A DNA stretch of 64,000 nucleotides from NCBI GenBank assembly GCA_002269645.1, contig NIVC01000237.1:186001-250000 (forward strand), in the 5' to 3' direction. The notes under the pieces were generated by a model. It had not been told where the DNA came from. It saw only the letters and a list, made by a program, of their open reading frames with translations, and made no database searches. Of the stretch, positions 1 through 11,478 are shown in pieces. A program made the translations under genes and the position numbers. Source of the DNA: Macrostomum lignano (taxonomy: Eukaryota). Position 1 is the first letter of the stretch, and each line of letters opens with the position of its first letter.

Positions 1-243
1 GTCCAATGAAACACGACGATTTTTCTTGGATAAAATTTGTCGCTACCAAAGATAATTCTTGCAATAGCTGTCCCATATCACCAGTTGCAAAGATTGAATA
101 CTCTGCAACTTGTATTTGTTATCCGAGTGTCCGAGAAGATTGTGCCTACATTAAGAAATCATTTCAACTAATTAAGAATTTAGACCCTTCATGGATATTA
201 GGTCATTTCGTAATAACTATATATTTATGACAAAATCCCTCAG

Positions 244-727
244 ACACCCGGATTTTAATCTAAAAGACGTCGGTTTGTGGAAAGTTTCGCTCAAGTCTGC
301 TTGTCTACACGTGGACGTGAGCGGCTGCTGGCCCTTCATCGACGTGGCATTCTACGAGGTGCAGGGCAGCTGGATGGTGCAAAAGTTCGGCAGGTTTTAC
401 GCGCCGACAAAGTACACGTTTCCGTTGCACAAGCGACCGTTCATGGGCCGCTGGGTGGACTCGCCCAGGGATACAGAAAAATTTCTTGAATACTTATATT
501 TTGGATTTTGGCCACTCGACTGGTGCTTAACATCGCCGTATTCTCACAAATATGAAAAGTCAATTTATTCTCGCAGTTCCATAAAATGTTCGAAGCTCCA
601 CGAGACCTACCCTTTTGTGATTCGTGTCCCGGACACGGAACCATGGTGTGCCGGCGTCGTGGAGACGTTGAAGCTTCCGAGCGGCGAAACGGTTTACACT
701 GTGATGGTCGATGAACCGGTGGCTTGA
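244..727 (+). CDS. LicD-family (fukutin-related) nucleotidyltransferase, last coding exon; 5' exons lie before the window
   Basis: Acceptor cctcag|a at 243, open frame to TGA at 725-727 (WPFIDVAFYE...FPLHKRPFMGRW...VMVDEPVA*). Colinear with the minus-strand paralogue whose upstream exon carries the LicD motif [20 protein letters not shown]. Confidence 0.75.
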
Positions 728-2274
728 TGAAACCTTTAGGAACTTTCTTCAAAGAGAATATTCTGCTACTAGTAATAATAAAGGTTACGAAAGATAGACC
801 TGCCTATGCTACGTGAATGCAATTTAGTATTTCTACACTACCTGTTCTCTTTGGCGTGTCAATACCTCGAGAACACCAGTCTTTAAGAAATCTATTAATA
901 ACAATAAGATTTGTATTGGTTTAACTTTTCCCTCTTATAATAAATTATCTTTTACAGTTATATATTTCTCAATATAGTATAGAAACAATTGCATTACATG
1001 TAGATGTAGTTTTAGGATATATGAGGGTAGAGCATGTATAATCCATAGAGGTACCTTAATATTCATGCCCTTTTTCTCCCCTAATGTTTATTTAATAGAT
1101 CATTACAGTGATTCAGCGTAGCTAACTAATACAAACTTATATTCGCTGTTTTCCTTTGTTGTCGTTAATTCCGTTAATTTATGTATATTGTATGTTGTAT
1201 GCCCTAATTTGTCAATCAAAGCTATGAATTACAGTCAATTGTGCGAATTTGACTCATGAAATACGTTTTTTTGTGTTTTCGTTAATACTGTTCTCTAGCC
1301 TCTGCTATACTCTTAATGAACATTCGACTCGCTTAAAGCTAATTATAATTCAGCTCATAGTCCTTTTTGAATTTAATATGCTAAGATTTAATGTTGAGAA
1401 TCCTGAAATCAAATCCTATCGACATACGGTCTGAACAGTAGATACATTTGTGCGTTTAATTTTTTAAAGAAGCGCAAGAGTCATTCAAAATTAGTATGGA
1501 ACACCCATGCCTGGATTCTTGTAATGCATTAAAGCAAGTCGAGGAAATATAAGTGGAAGTAAATAAGTACATCTACAGCCAACGTTTTGCGATCTTCCAA
1601 AATTGAAGGTTCTCTGGACAGGGACACAACTTCACTTGTTCATGGTTAACCTTATTACTTTGTCTATAGGCTAAGTTTAGCTTTCAAAACCTTGCCCAGG
1701 TTAGAATGTGCTGTTTTACTGGGATGCTTTCTATATCTTGGTGTTGTTAGTGATAATAACGCCAAGTGAGCAGCTAACCCTGTGGATTTGCACTAAATCA
1801 ATGGTCTTTTGGCCGTAGACACTCTCAGCCGGCGGGCAGCAGTGCATATCAAATTTTATTCATTTGTCAATAATGCAGCTTCCCAAACAGATTTGCCTAT
1901 TTTGATCAACTCGTGAAGGGACGAGTTCCCTGGAGGAATAAAAATATAGAAGAGAGCCTGAAGTAAGAAAGAAAACGGGATATAATTGTTCAATATATAT
2001 GACGCAAGCAAGCACCCAAATACTACGTATTATCATTCTTGCATAGAAGCAGACGAGACCTATGATTATGATGAAATTATAAATCATTTCAATTAGGAAA
2101 TTGCGCGTAGCATATATCAATGCGAAACAAACAGTTTGTGTAACACTGAGAACGATTGTTTAGCAAAATTTTCTATTCATTGACAAATTTATGACTTGAA
2201 TGGCGAATACATACACTCGTGCACCACCAGGAAATCTGTGCAGGACTTGTTTCACTCGCTTAACTCCGTGTCGA

Positions 2275-3802
2275 TCAGGCCACCGGCTCATCTACCATCA
2301 CCGCGTACACCATTTCACCGCCTGGAAGTCTCAGGACCTCCATGACGCCTCGACACGACGGTGCGCTGTCCGGGACACGGAAGACAAACGGGTAGGTTCT
2401 TGCGAGCTTGATGCGGAGTACGGAGTCTTTTCGGGGAAACATTATTTTTTCGTATTTATGCGAATAAATCACCGTTTGGCACCAATCCATTCCCAGGGAT
2501 CCATCGAACGCTTGGGCAAGGAAGCGCTTTTTATCACTGGGCGAGTCCACCCAGCGGCCCATGAACGGTCGCTTGTGCAACGGAAACGTGTTTATTATTA
2601 TTAGAGGCAGGGGGGTTGTGTGCACCCTGGCGCACTTTAAGCGACATTGTCACACAACCGGCGAGAGGCATTACTGCCCATTCCGCCGACTCCCCTGAGC
2701 AGGCATACAAGCGCGCGGATACGTACGCAGGCACACACTCACACAGGAGTGTACAATGGCCCTAACTTTATTTTATCGCTAGGAATGTACACTTCACTGT
2801 GCCTTGGGGGGTTGGCCCTCAAGGCCGTTAATTGCACGAGCAGAGCCAAGCTGAGATTCCAATTCAGCCCCAAATTAATGCGACTGCACTTGGAATCGAG
2901 CCTGGGTCGCTGGCACACCAGAGCAGCTGCGCTACCGCTGGGCTACGGCCCCAACGGAAACGTGTACTTTGTTGGCGCGTAAAAGTTGCCGACATCTGCA
3001 CGATCCAGCTGCCCTGCACCTCGTAGAATGCCACGTCGATGGAGGGCCAGCAGCCGCTCATGTCCACGTGCAGACAAGCGGACTTGAGCGAAACTTTCCA
3101 CAAGCCGACGTCTTTCACATTAAAATCCGAGTGCCTGGGGGCCATCCAGTGGTGTGAGAAGCGCACGATTAGATTAGCACCGTTTAGATTAGAAAACCAA
3201 AAACTAGACTGCGAAACAATGAGGACTGCGAGACCAAAAGATTCCTCACAAGAATGGGACCTGGCTCAAGTGACTTGTGGGGGGTAGAAAGTGAGGTTCA
3301 CTTCCTGTTTACGTGTTTTTTGAACTTTTATAGGATATTGCTCCTAAATCTGGTAATCTGGAATCTGATACCTGATACTAATAGTGATAATTGAGTCTGG
3401 AGGGTAGCCTTTATTCCCGAATGCAAAATCTCACATTTTCATAAATCTAAATGTTCATCATACCCTTGAAATGCCCCTAACAGCTTCTTGTTGTCGTCCC
3501 AATTGAGAAACAGGTCGAGGTCGTCATCCCACGGAATGAAGCCGTGATGCCGGTAGGAGCCCAGCAGAGTGCCTCCAAACAGCATCACCTGAACTCCGTG
3601 CTTCTCGCACAGGTCCAGAAACGTCCACAACAATTTCACAGTTGTTCCCAGCTCGGTCTCGTTAATCCAAGGATCGAACTCATCTGTCTTCTCAGCTTCT
3701 GGATGTAGAATTCAGAAGACAGCAATTGCGGCATCTGCCTTCTTGGCTTTGGTGCTCCCGTCGTCTGTTCGCATGTAATCTTGCTGCTCCGTGGCCAAAA
3801 CG
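2275..3802 (-). pseudogene. LicD-family pseudogene, inverted paralogue of 244-727
   Basis: Exon ~3802-3464 has [25 protein letters not shown] and an in-frame TGA at 3714-3712. Phase-2 intron 3463-3135 (gg|gtatg...ccccag|g). Exon 3134-2275 has a 1-nt deletion near 2992 relative to the + copy (atg tc ggc vs aag ttc ggc) and a SINE at 2592-2951. Confidence 0.8.
2592..2951 (-). mobile_element. tRNA-derived SINE, full length (~360 bp)
   Basis: Minus-strand head GGGCCGTAGCCCAGCGGTAGCG (A box) ... GGCTCGATTCC (B box). (TAA)n tail at 2592-2603. 14-bp target-site duplication CAACGGAAACGTGT at 2578-2591 and 2952-2965. Confidence 0.9.
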
Positions 3803-4685
3803 CTAATAATGAGCCTAGATTTAGTATTGAAGCGACGGTAAGAGTTGAAAGTTGGCGGTACTGACCTGATCTTGACCGCTATTTGAGTTGAGACAAAAAC
3901 ATTACTGTGCAGAGTCTATAACTGTTCAGCGCGAAGTTAGATCTCTGCTGTAGAAATAAAAAGTACCATCATTTTTCCCAGGCAGGCACTTAATCAAATC
4001 CCTTTAATACCATACTCGTAGACTACTTTTAAGCCTACATGAATGGAATAAAAGTTCAAGTGAAAACTTTCATTTAATGCCCACAAAAATTGCAAGTTTT
4101 GTTTTCATCAAATAAAAGTGTCCATGGTTGCAATGTGGGTTCTTTGCCCCTGCACCCCTACTTTCCCCACGCTCTTTCCCACGATTTTTCCTGCGGCTGA
4201 TGTCTATGGCCAAGCCTTATTCTATCCAGAAAGCGATGCAGTAGGTTCTGCAAAACATTTCTAAAATCAACTATACTTTTTGTAACACAATATAAATGTG
4301 TAAAAGTTTGCATTAAACGCAAAAAGTGTGCCTATAAATGGCTCGTGAAAGCGTATTAGTTAGAGTCATATAATATAATTCACAAGAAATCTATTTTGAG
4401 TGACAATACTCATTTTTTGAGCACTCGTAACCAAGACATTTAAGAACTCAGAACCAAGTATTTGAATCCTATATTTATTCGCGAGTGCTGCTCGAGGTAC
4501 ATCAGTGCAGTCTATATATTTCCTCATAATTAGTAATTCGCCAGTCTAATGTTGGAAATATGGGTCAAGCTATTCTATGGCTGCATTGATTCATAGGCGT
4601 CAATCAAAGGAAATACAAAGTGGGACTAAATTCATTACTAAGGGAAGTTGAGCATTCGTACAATAAAAAGCACTAAAGCTGAGAA

Positions 4686-7623
4686 ATGGCGGCCATTGTG
4701 AAATCTGCCCAACTTCTGGTCACGGCCTGCTGCCTGCTGCTGATGCTGCTGACTGCCCGCGCGACTGGCTGCATGTCCCTCGGCTCCAGTGAGTGGCCGC
4801 TGGATACCTTTGTGCCGCTTATTGTGAGACGGACTGGCAGTGAGGGACTGGCAGTGAGAGGGAGAGACTGGCAGTGAGAGGGAGAGACTGGCAGTGAGGG
4901 ACTGACAGTGAGAGGGAGAGACTGGCAGTGAGAGGGAGAGACTGGTAGTGAGAGGGAGAGACTGGCAGCGAGAGGGAGAGACTGGCAGCGAGAGGGAGAG
5001 ACTGGCAGCGAGGGGGAGAGACTGGAAGCGAGAGGGAGAGACTGGCAGCGAGAGGGAGAGACTGGCAGCGAGAGGGAGAGACTGGCAGCGAGGGAGAGAG
5101 ACTGGCAGCGAGAGGGAGAGACTGGCAGCGAGAGGGAGAGACTGGAAGCGAGAGGGAGAGACTGGCAGTGAGAGGGAGAGACTGGCAGCGAGAGGGAGAG
5201 ACTGGCAGCGAGAGGGAGAGACTGGCAATGAGGGACTGGCAGTGAGAGGGAGAGACTGGCAATGAGGGACTGGCAGTGAGAGGGAGAGACTGGCAGCGAG
5301 AGGGAGAGACTGGCAGCGAGAGGGAGAGGCTGGTAGTGAGAGGGAGAGACTGGCAGCGAGAGGGAGAGACTGGCAGCGAGAGGGAGGGACTGGCAGTGAG
5401 AGGGAGAGACTGGCAGCGAGAGGGAGAGACTGGCAGCGAGAGGGAGAGACTGGCAATGAAGGACTGGCAGTGAGAGGGAGAGACTGGCAGCGAGAGGGAG
5501 AGACTGGCAGCGAGAGGGAGAGACTGGCAGTGAGAGAGAGAGACTGGCAGCGAGAGGGAGAGACTGGCAGCGAGAGGGAGAGACTGGCAGCGAGAGGGAG
5601 AGGCTGGTAGTGAGAGGGAGAGACTGGCAGCGAGAGGGAGAGGCTGGCAGCGAGAGGAAGAGACTGGCAGCGAGAGGGAGGGACTGGCAGTGAGAGGGAG
5701 AGACTGGCAGCGAGAGGGAGAGACTGGCAGTGAGAGGGAGAGACTGGCAGTGAGAGGGAGAGACTGGCAGTGAGAGGGAGAGACTGGCAGTGAGAGGGAG
5801 AGACTGGCAGCGAGAGGGAGAGACTGGCAGCGAGAGGGAGAGACTGGCAGCGAGGGGGAGATACTGGCAGCGAGGGGGAGAGACTGGAAGCGAGAGGGAG
5901 AGACTGGCAGCGAGAGGGAGAGACTGGCAGCGAGAGGGAGAGACTGGCAGCGAGGGAGAGAGACTGGCAGCGAGAGGGAGAGACTGGCAGCGAGAGGGAG
6001 AGACTGGAAGCGAGAGGGAGAGACTGGCAGTGAGAGGGAGAGACTGGCAGCGAGAGGGAGAGACTGGCAGCGAGAGGGAGAGACTGGCAATGAGGGACTG
6101 GCAGTGAGAGGGAGAGACTGGCAATGAGGGACTGGCAGTGAGAGGGAGAGACTGAAAGCGAGAGGGAGAGACTGGCAGCGAGAGGGAGAGGCTGGTAGTG
6201 AGAGGGAGAGACTGGCAGCGAGAGGGAGAGACTGGCAGCGAGAGGGAGGGACTGGCAGTGAGAGGGAGAGACTGGCAGCGAGAGGGAGAGACTGGCAGCG
6301 AGAGGGAGAGACTGGCAATGAGGGACTGGCAGTGAGAGGGAGAGACTGGCAGCGAGAGGGAGAGACTGGCAGCGAGAGGGAGAGACTGGCAGTGAGAGAG
6401 AGAGACTGGCAGCGAGAGGGAGAGACTGGCAGCGAGAGGGAGAGACTGGCAGCGAGAGGGAGAGGCTGGTAGTGAGAGGGAGAGACTGGCAGCGAGAGGG
6501 AGAGGCTGGCAGCGAGAGGAAGAGACTGGCAGCGAGAGGGAGGGACTGGCAGTGAGAGGGAGAGACTGGCAGCGAGAGGGAGAGACTGGCAGTGAGAGGG
6601 AGAGACTGGCAGTGAGAGGGAGAGACTGGCAGTGAGAGGGAGAGACTGGCAGTGAGAGGGAGAGACTGGCAGCGAGAGGGAGAGACTGGCAGCGAGAGGG
6701 AGAGACTGGCAGCGAGGGGGAGATACTGGCAGCGAGAGGGAGAGACTGGCAATGAGGGACTGGCAGTGAGAGGGAGAGACTGGCAGCGAGAGGGAGAGAC
6801 TGGCAGCGAGAGGGAGAGACTGGCAGTGAGAGGGAGAGACTGGCAGCGAGAAGGAGAGACTGGCAGTGAGAGGGAGAGACTGGCAATGAGGGACTGGCAG
6901 TGAGAGGGAGAGACTGGCAATGAAGGACTGGCAGTGAGAGGGAGAGACTGGCAGCGAGAGGGAGAGACTGGCAGTGAGAGGGAGAGACTGGCAGCGAGGG
7001 GGAGATATTGGCAGCGAGAGGGAGAGACTGGCAATGAGAGGGAGAGACTGGAAGCGAGAGGGAGAGACTGGCAGCGAGAGGGAGAGGCTGGTAGTGAGAG
7101 GGAGAGACTGGCAGCGAGAGGGAGAGACTGGCAGCGAGAGGGAGAGACTGGCAGCGAGGGAGAGAGACTGGCAGCGAGAGGGAGAGACTGGCAGCGAGGG
7201 AGAGAGACTGGCAGCGAGAGGGAGAGACTGGCAGCGAGAGGGAGAGGCTGGTAGTGAGAGAGAGAGACTGGCAGCGAGAGGGAGAGACTGGCAGTGAGAG
7301 GGAGAGACTGGCAGCGAGAGGGAGAGGCTGGTAGTGAGAGGGAGAGACTGGCAGCGAGAGGGAGAGGCTGGTAGTGAGAGGGAGAGACTGGCAGCGAGAG
7401 GGAGAGACTGGCAGCGAGAGGGAGAGACTGGCACTGAGAGGGAGAGACTGGCAGCGAGGGAGAGAGACTGGCAGCGAGAGGGAGAGGCTGGTAGTGAGAG
7501 GCAGTTAGTCCCCAGACTCAGCACGCCAGCCGCTCCGCCATTGCAGTGATCGGAGACTACATCGGAGACACCATCGTCACCAAGGGCGTGTCCTATGCCA
7601 CCAGTGTGGACAAGCGCGGCTGA
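4686..7623 (+). CDS. Predicted 59-aa secreted peptide precursor, join(4686..4788,7547..7623): MAAIVKSAQLLVTACCLLLMLLTARATG/CMSLGSMIGDYIGDTIVTKGVSYATSVDKRG*
   Basis: Hydrophobic signal peptide with A-T-G cleavage site. Donor CA|GTGAGT at 4789, acceptor ttgcag| at 7546, phase 1 matches. 20 of 24 exon-2 sense codons end in G/C. An alternative donor at 4824 is possible. Confidence 0.6.
4830..7500. repeat. Intronic minisatellite, 20-bp unit GACTGGCAGCGAGAGGGAGA (~130 copies)
   Basis: Tandem array read directly; fills the intron of the 4686-7623 gene. Confidence 0.97.
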
Positions 7624-8099
7624 TAAAAGAAGTCCTGAGTCGGAACTTTGCAACTCAACTGTACAAAGCTGTCAGTTAATTTGCACTACTTTCTACTAAG
7701 AGTAGTGTAAAATGAGCGACTTTTTGTTTGTTTAAATTTTAAGTAAGTAGATTTATAAAAGCCTTCTATAGAGGCAGGTACAGCAAGGCTAGGTATCTCT
7801 AAAAAAGAAGAATTACAAGCATCTTAAGTCCGTACCACTACTTAGATTATTTTTTAAAGTTTTCAAAAAACCTGTATTTAAAGTGTGACTTCTTTTTTAT
7901 ACTTAATGTGTAATGATAGAAAGTAATAATGGATGCGTTTTTAGAATTTTCGCTTGCTGTATGGGTTATATATACTACTGTAGAAATTCTTTTTAAGTAG
8001 TATTTCCTATATCTCACCATTTAGAGTTCCGAATTTAAAATGAAGCAAGCAGAAAGGAGAGAGAGGGAGGCAGAGAGGGAGTTAAAAAAGTAGGGAAAG

Positions 8100-8520
8100 G
8101 GACAGACTGACAGTCAGAGACTAGCAGTGAGAGACTGACAGTCAGAGACTAGCAGTGAGAGACTGACAGTCAGAGACTAGCAGTGAGAGACTGACAGTCA
8201 GAGACTAGCAGTGAGAGACTGACAGTCAGAGACTAGCAGTGAGAGACTGACAGTCAGAGACTAGCAGTGAGAGACTGACAGTCAGAGACTAGCAGTGAGA
8301 GACTGACAGTCAGAGACTAGCAGTGAGAGACTGACAGTCAGAGACTAGCAGTGAGAGACTGACAGTCAGAGACTAGCAGTGAGAGACTGACAGTCAGAGA
8401 CTAGCAGTGAGAGACTGACAGTCAGAGACTAGCAGTGAGAGACTGACAGTCAGAGACTAGCAGTGAGAGACTGACAGTCAGAGACTAGCAGTGAGAGACT
8501 GACAGTCAGAGACTAGCAGT
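8100..8520. repeat. Minisatellite, 28-bp unit GACTAGCAGTGAGAGACTGACAGTCAGA (dimer of 14-mers)
   Basis: About 15 near-perfect tandem copies. Confidence 0.97.
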
Positions 8521-8566
8521 AGGTCGCTGAACATGCTTGCTTTTAGCGGCAGTCCGTTGTCTCCAT

Positions 8567-9305
8567 TTATTTTTTTATTAAGAGGCAGGGGTTGTGTGCA
8601 CCCTGGCGCACTTTAAGCGACATCAACACAACCGGCGAGAGGCATTACTGCCCATTCCGCCGGGACGCTTTCATAAGACCTAAATTACACAACGCCTAAA
8701 ATCAAAAGTGCAGCCTCCTTCACATCGCCTAAATTTCATATCGCCTAAATTTCACAACGCCTAAAATCTTTGCTTCTCTCCTTCACATTCAGTTTTAGGT
8801 GTTGTGAAATTTAGGCGATATGAAGTAGGATGCGCTAGCATTTTCGGTTTTAGGCGTTATGAAATTTAGGTAATGAGAAGGAGCGTGCAGAAATTTTAGG
8901 CGATGTGAAATTTAGGCGTTGTGAAGGAGGCTGAATTTTCGATTTTAGGCGTTGTGAAATTTAGGCGTTATGAAATTTAGGTGATGTGAAGTCATGCATG
9001 TGCTTTAGGCGTTGTGAAATTTAGAAAATTTAGAAAATCCGACTCCCCTGAGCAGGCATACAAGCGCGCGGATACGTACGCAGGCACACACTCACACAAG
9101 AGTGTACAGCGGCCCTAACTTTATTTTATCGCTAGGCATGTACACTTCACTGCGCCTTGGGGGGTTGGCTCTCAAGGCCGTTAATTGCACGAGCAGAGCC
9201 AAGCCGAGATTCCAATTCAGCCCCAAATTAATGTGACTGCACTTGGAATCGAGCCTGGGTCGCTGGCACACCAGAGCCTGCGCTAGACCGCTGGGCTACG
9301 GCCCC
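8567..9305 (-). mobile_element. Second copy of the tRNA-derived SINE, interrupted by a 376-bp insertion
   Basis: Near-identical to 2592-2951 over 8567-8662 and 9039-9305. 13-bp TSD CCGTTGTCTCCAT at 8554-8566 and 9309-9321. Confidence 0.9.
8663..9038. mobile_element. Foldback/MITE-like insertion with inverted arrays of a 16-bp motif
   Basis: Absent from SINE copy 1 and flanked by duplicated CCG. The left arm repeats GCCTAAATTTCACAAC-like motifs; the right arm repeats the reverse complement GTTGTGAAATTTAGGC. Confidence 0.6.
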
Positions 9306-9399
9306 CTCCCGTTGTCTCCATACGAGACAGTTCAGGTCTTCGGCCAGGCACATGTAGCAGGGCACACGGCACACTGGCTGTCTCTAGCATATAGATTCA

Positions 9400-9898
9400 G
9401 AGATTGCCTTGGATAGCCGTCTGAAATCCAGCTGGCTTGGTTGCTTCCTGCTCCAGCTTGCGCTGAATCTCCTGAAGGTCTGTCTCAGCAATGAAGGTTC
9501 ATTAACTTCCAGAAAGACTCCAATTCCAGCTCTCTCCATGCGCTCAGACAATGTCACTGTGGTTGCTCGCGGTGCCTTCTTGTCAAATCACAAGTAGATG
9601 GTAGCATTCTGCCGATTCTGGAAGATGGATGGAACTGCTCCAAGCTTCAGACCTCCTTGATAGCAACTCGCTTCTCTTCTTGCATGTGACGTTGCTATCC
9701 GCCGATGCTTCAATGAAGTCATTGGAATAAAAATCGCGAGATCAAATCTTGGAGAACTTCGCCGGCTCAAAGTCTCCTCGAGTTTGCTCGCTTCCATTTC
9801 TCAAGAGCAGCGTCTTGGAGAGGCTGGCTGTGGAAGCTCACTCCTGATTCCGGGATTGTTCGAGTTGAGCATCCGTAGGCTGAATATGCATGCAGCAT
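9400..9898 (-). pseudogene. Degenerate THAP zinc-finger ORF, probably a DNA-transposon remnant
   Basis: Pieces in shifted frames: SAYGCSTRTIPESGVSFHSQPLQDAALEKWKRA, then DFEPAKFSKI*SRDFYSNDF (cf. ICSxHF), then LKLGAVPSIF. These match the THAP C2CH/AVPTIF signature but carry a stop and frameshifts. Confidence 0.6.
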
Positions 9899-10465
9899 TT
9901 AAAGCTTGTACTGGAACAGGCTCTTGGAAATGATAGCCGTGTGCGTTTGTGATTTAAGGGGCAACCTGCAAAGTGCAAGGCATCATATACTCTTTGTCAG
10001 TGCTTGTCAGAGAAGCAAGGAAGAACTGGGACTTAGGAGGGTGACTAATTTCTTAAATTGTGCATAAACTGGCAACGAGCGCAAATCAGTGTCATGAGCT
10101 TGGTGCCCAAGCCCTGTACATTTCTATTCGTTTGTCTGTTTCCCTGCTCTTCCCCTCAGTCCCCATGCCCCAACTCGAAAGATCTAGCTTTTTTAGCTTT
10201 GTTAGCGAAATTTCTACCTTGCCACACTAGCGTAAAGGGGGGGGGTGTTTTATTCTAGCTTCCAGTCCAGTGGTGCCAGCTCTAGAAGTCCCTGTTCGTG
10301 CCGATGAGTTGCTTAGAGAGAAGACACGCTCGGGGGAAGGCAATAACGAGGGTTCTAAGGTCGCAGTCATAGACATAAATGAATGGGGCAATAGCAGGGA
10401 AACGCTAATCAGCAAAGTACGAGTATGAGCTAAAAGTATTAAGTGCATTTACAATGCACTTCACT

Positions 10466-10640
10466 CTCTCCCACTCCCCTCTCTCCCACTCCACTCTCCC
10501 CCACTCCCCTCTCTCACACTCCCCTCTCTCACACTCCCCTCTCTCCCACTCTCCTCTCTCTCCCACTCCTCTGTCTCCCACTCCCCTCTCTCCCATTCCC
10601 CCTCTCTCTCCATCTCCCCCTCTCTCTCCCACTCCCCCTC
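10466..10640. repeat. Pyrimidine-rich array, ~15-bp CTCTCCCACTCCCCT
   Basis: Read directly. Confidence 0.9.
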
Positions 10641-10707
10641 TAACAATGAAAACCGTTGCAAATACCATTAGTTTATTGAAAGTTTCTTGAGCGATTTAGA
10701 ACAGTTT

Positions 10708-11478
10708 ATACTGGCACTGAGAGACTGGCACTGAGAGACTGGCAGAGAGAGACTGGCACTGAGAGACTGGCACTGAGAGACTGGCACTGAAAGACTGGCA
10801 CTGAGAGACTGGCACTGAGAGACTGGCACTGAGAGACTGGCACTGAGAGACTGGCACTGAGAGACTGGCACTGAGAGACTGGCACTGAGAGACTGGCAGA
10901 GAGAGACTGGCAGAGAGAGACTGGCACTGAGAGACTGGCACTGAAAGACTGGCACTGAGAGACTGGCACTGAGAGACTGGCACTGAGAGACTGGCACTGA
11001 GAGACTGGCACTGAGAGACTGGCACTGAAAGACTGGCACTGAAAGACTGGCACTGAGAGACTGGCACTGAGAGACTGGCACTGAGAGACTGGCACTGAGA
11101 GACTGGCACTGAAAGACTGGCACTGAAAGACTAGCACTGAGAGACTGGCACTGAAAGACTGGCACTGAGAGACTGGCACTGAAAGACTGGCACTGAGAGA
11201 CTGGCACTGAAAGACTGGCACTGAGAGACTGGCACTGAAAGACTGGCACTGAGAGACTGGCACTGAGAGACTGGCACTGAGAGACTGGCACTGAAAGACT
11301 GGCACTGAGAGACTGGCACTGAAAGACTGGCACTGAGAGACTGGCACTGAAAGACTGGCACTGAGAGACTGGCACTGAAAGACTGGCACTGAGAGACTGG
11401 CACTGAAAGACTGGCACTGAGAGACTGGCACTGAGAGACTGGCACTGAAAGACTGGCACTGAGAGACTGGCACTGAGA
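10708..11478. repeat. Minisatellite, 14-bp unit GACTGGCACTGA(G/A)A
   Basis: About 55 tandem copies. Confidence 0.97.

Noticed and set aside
4638-7653. 700-940 aa ORFs (SLPVSPS.., RDWQRE..)
   Set aside because: Read-through of a stop-free tandem array, open in several frames; intronic.
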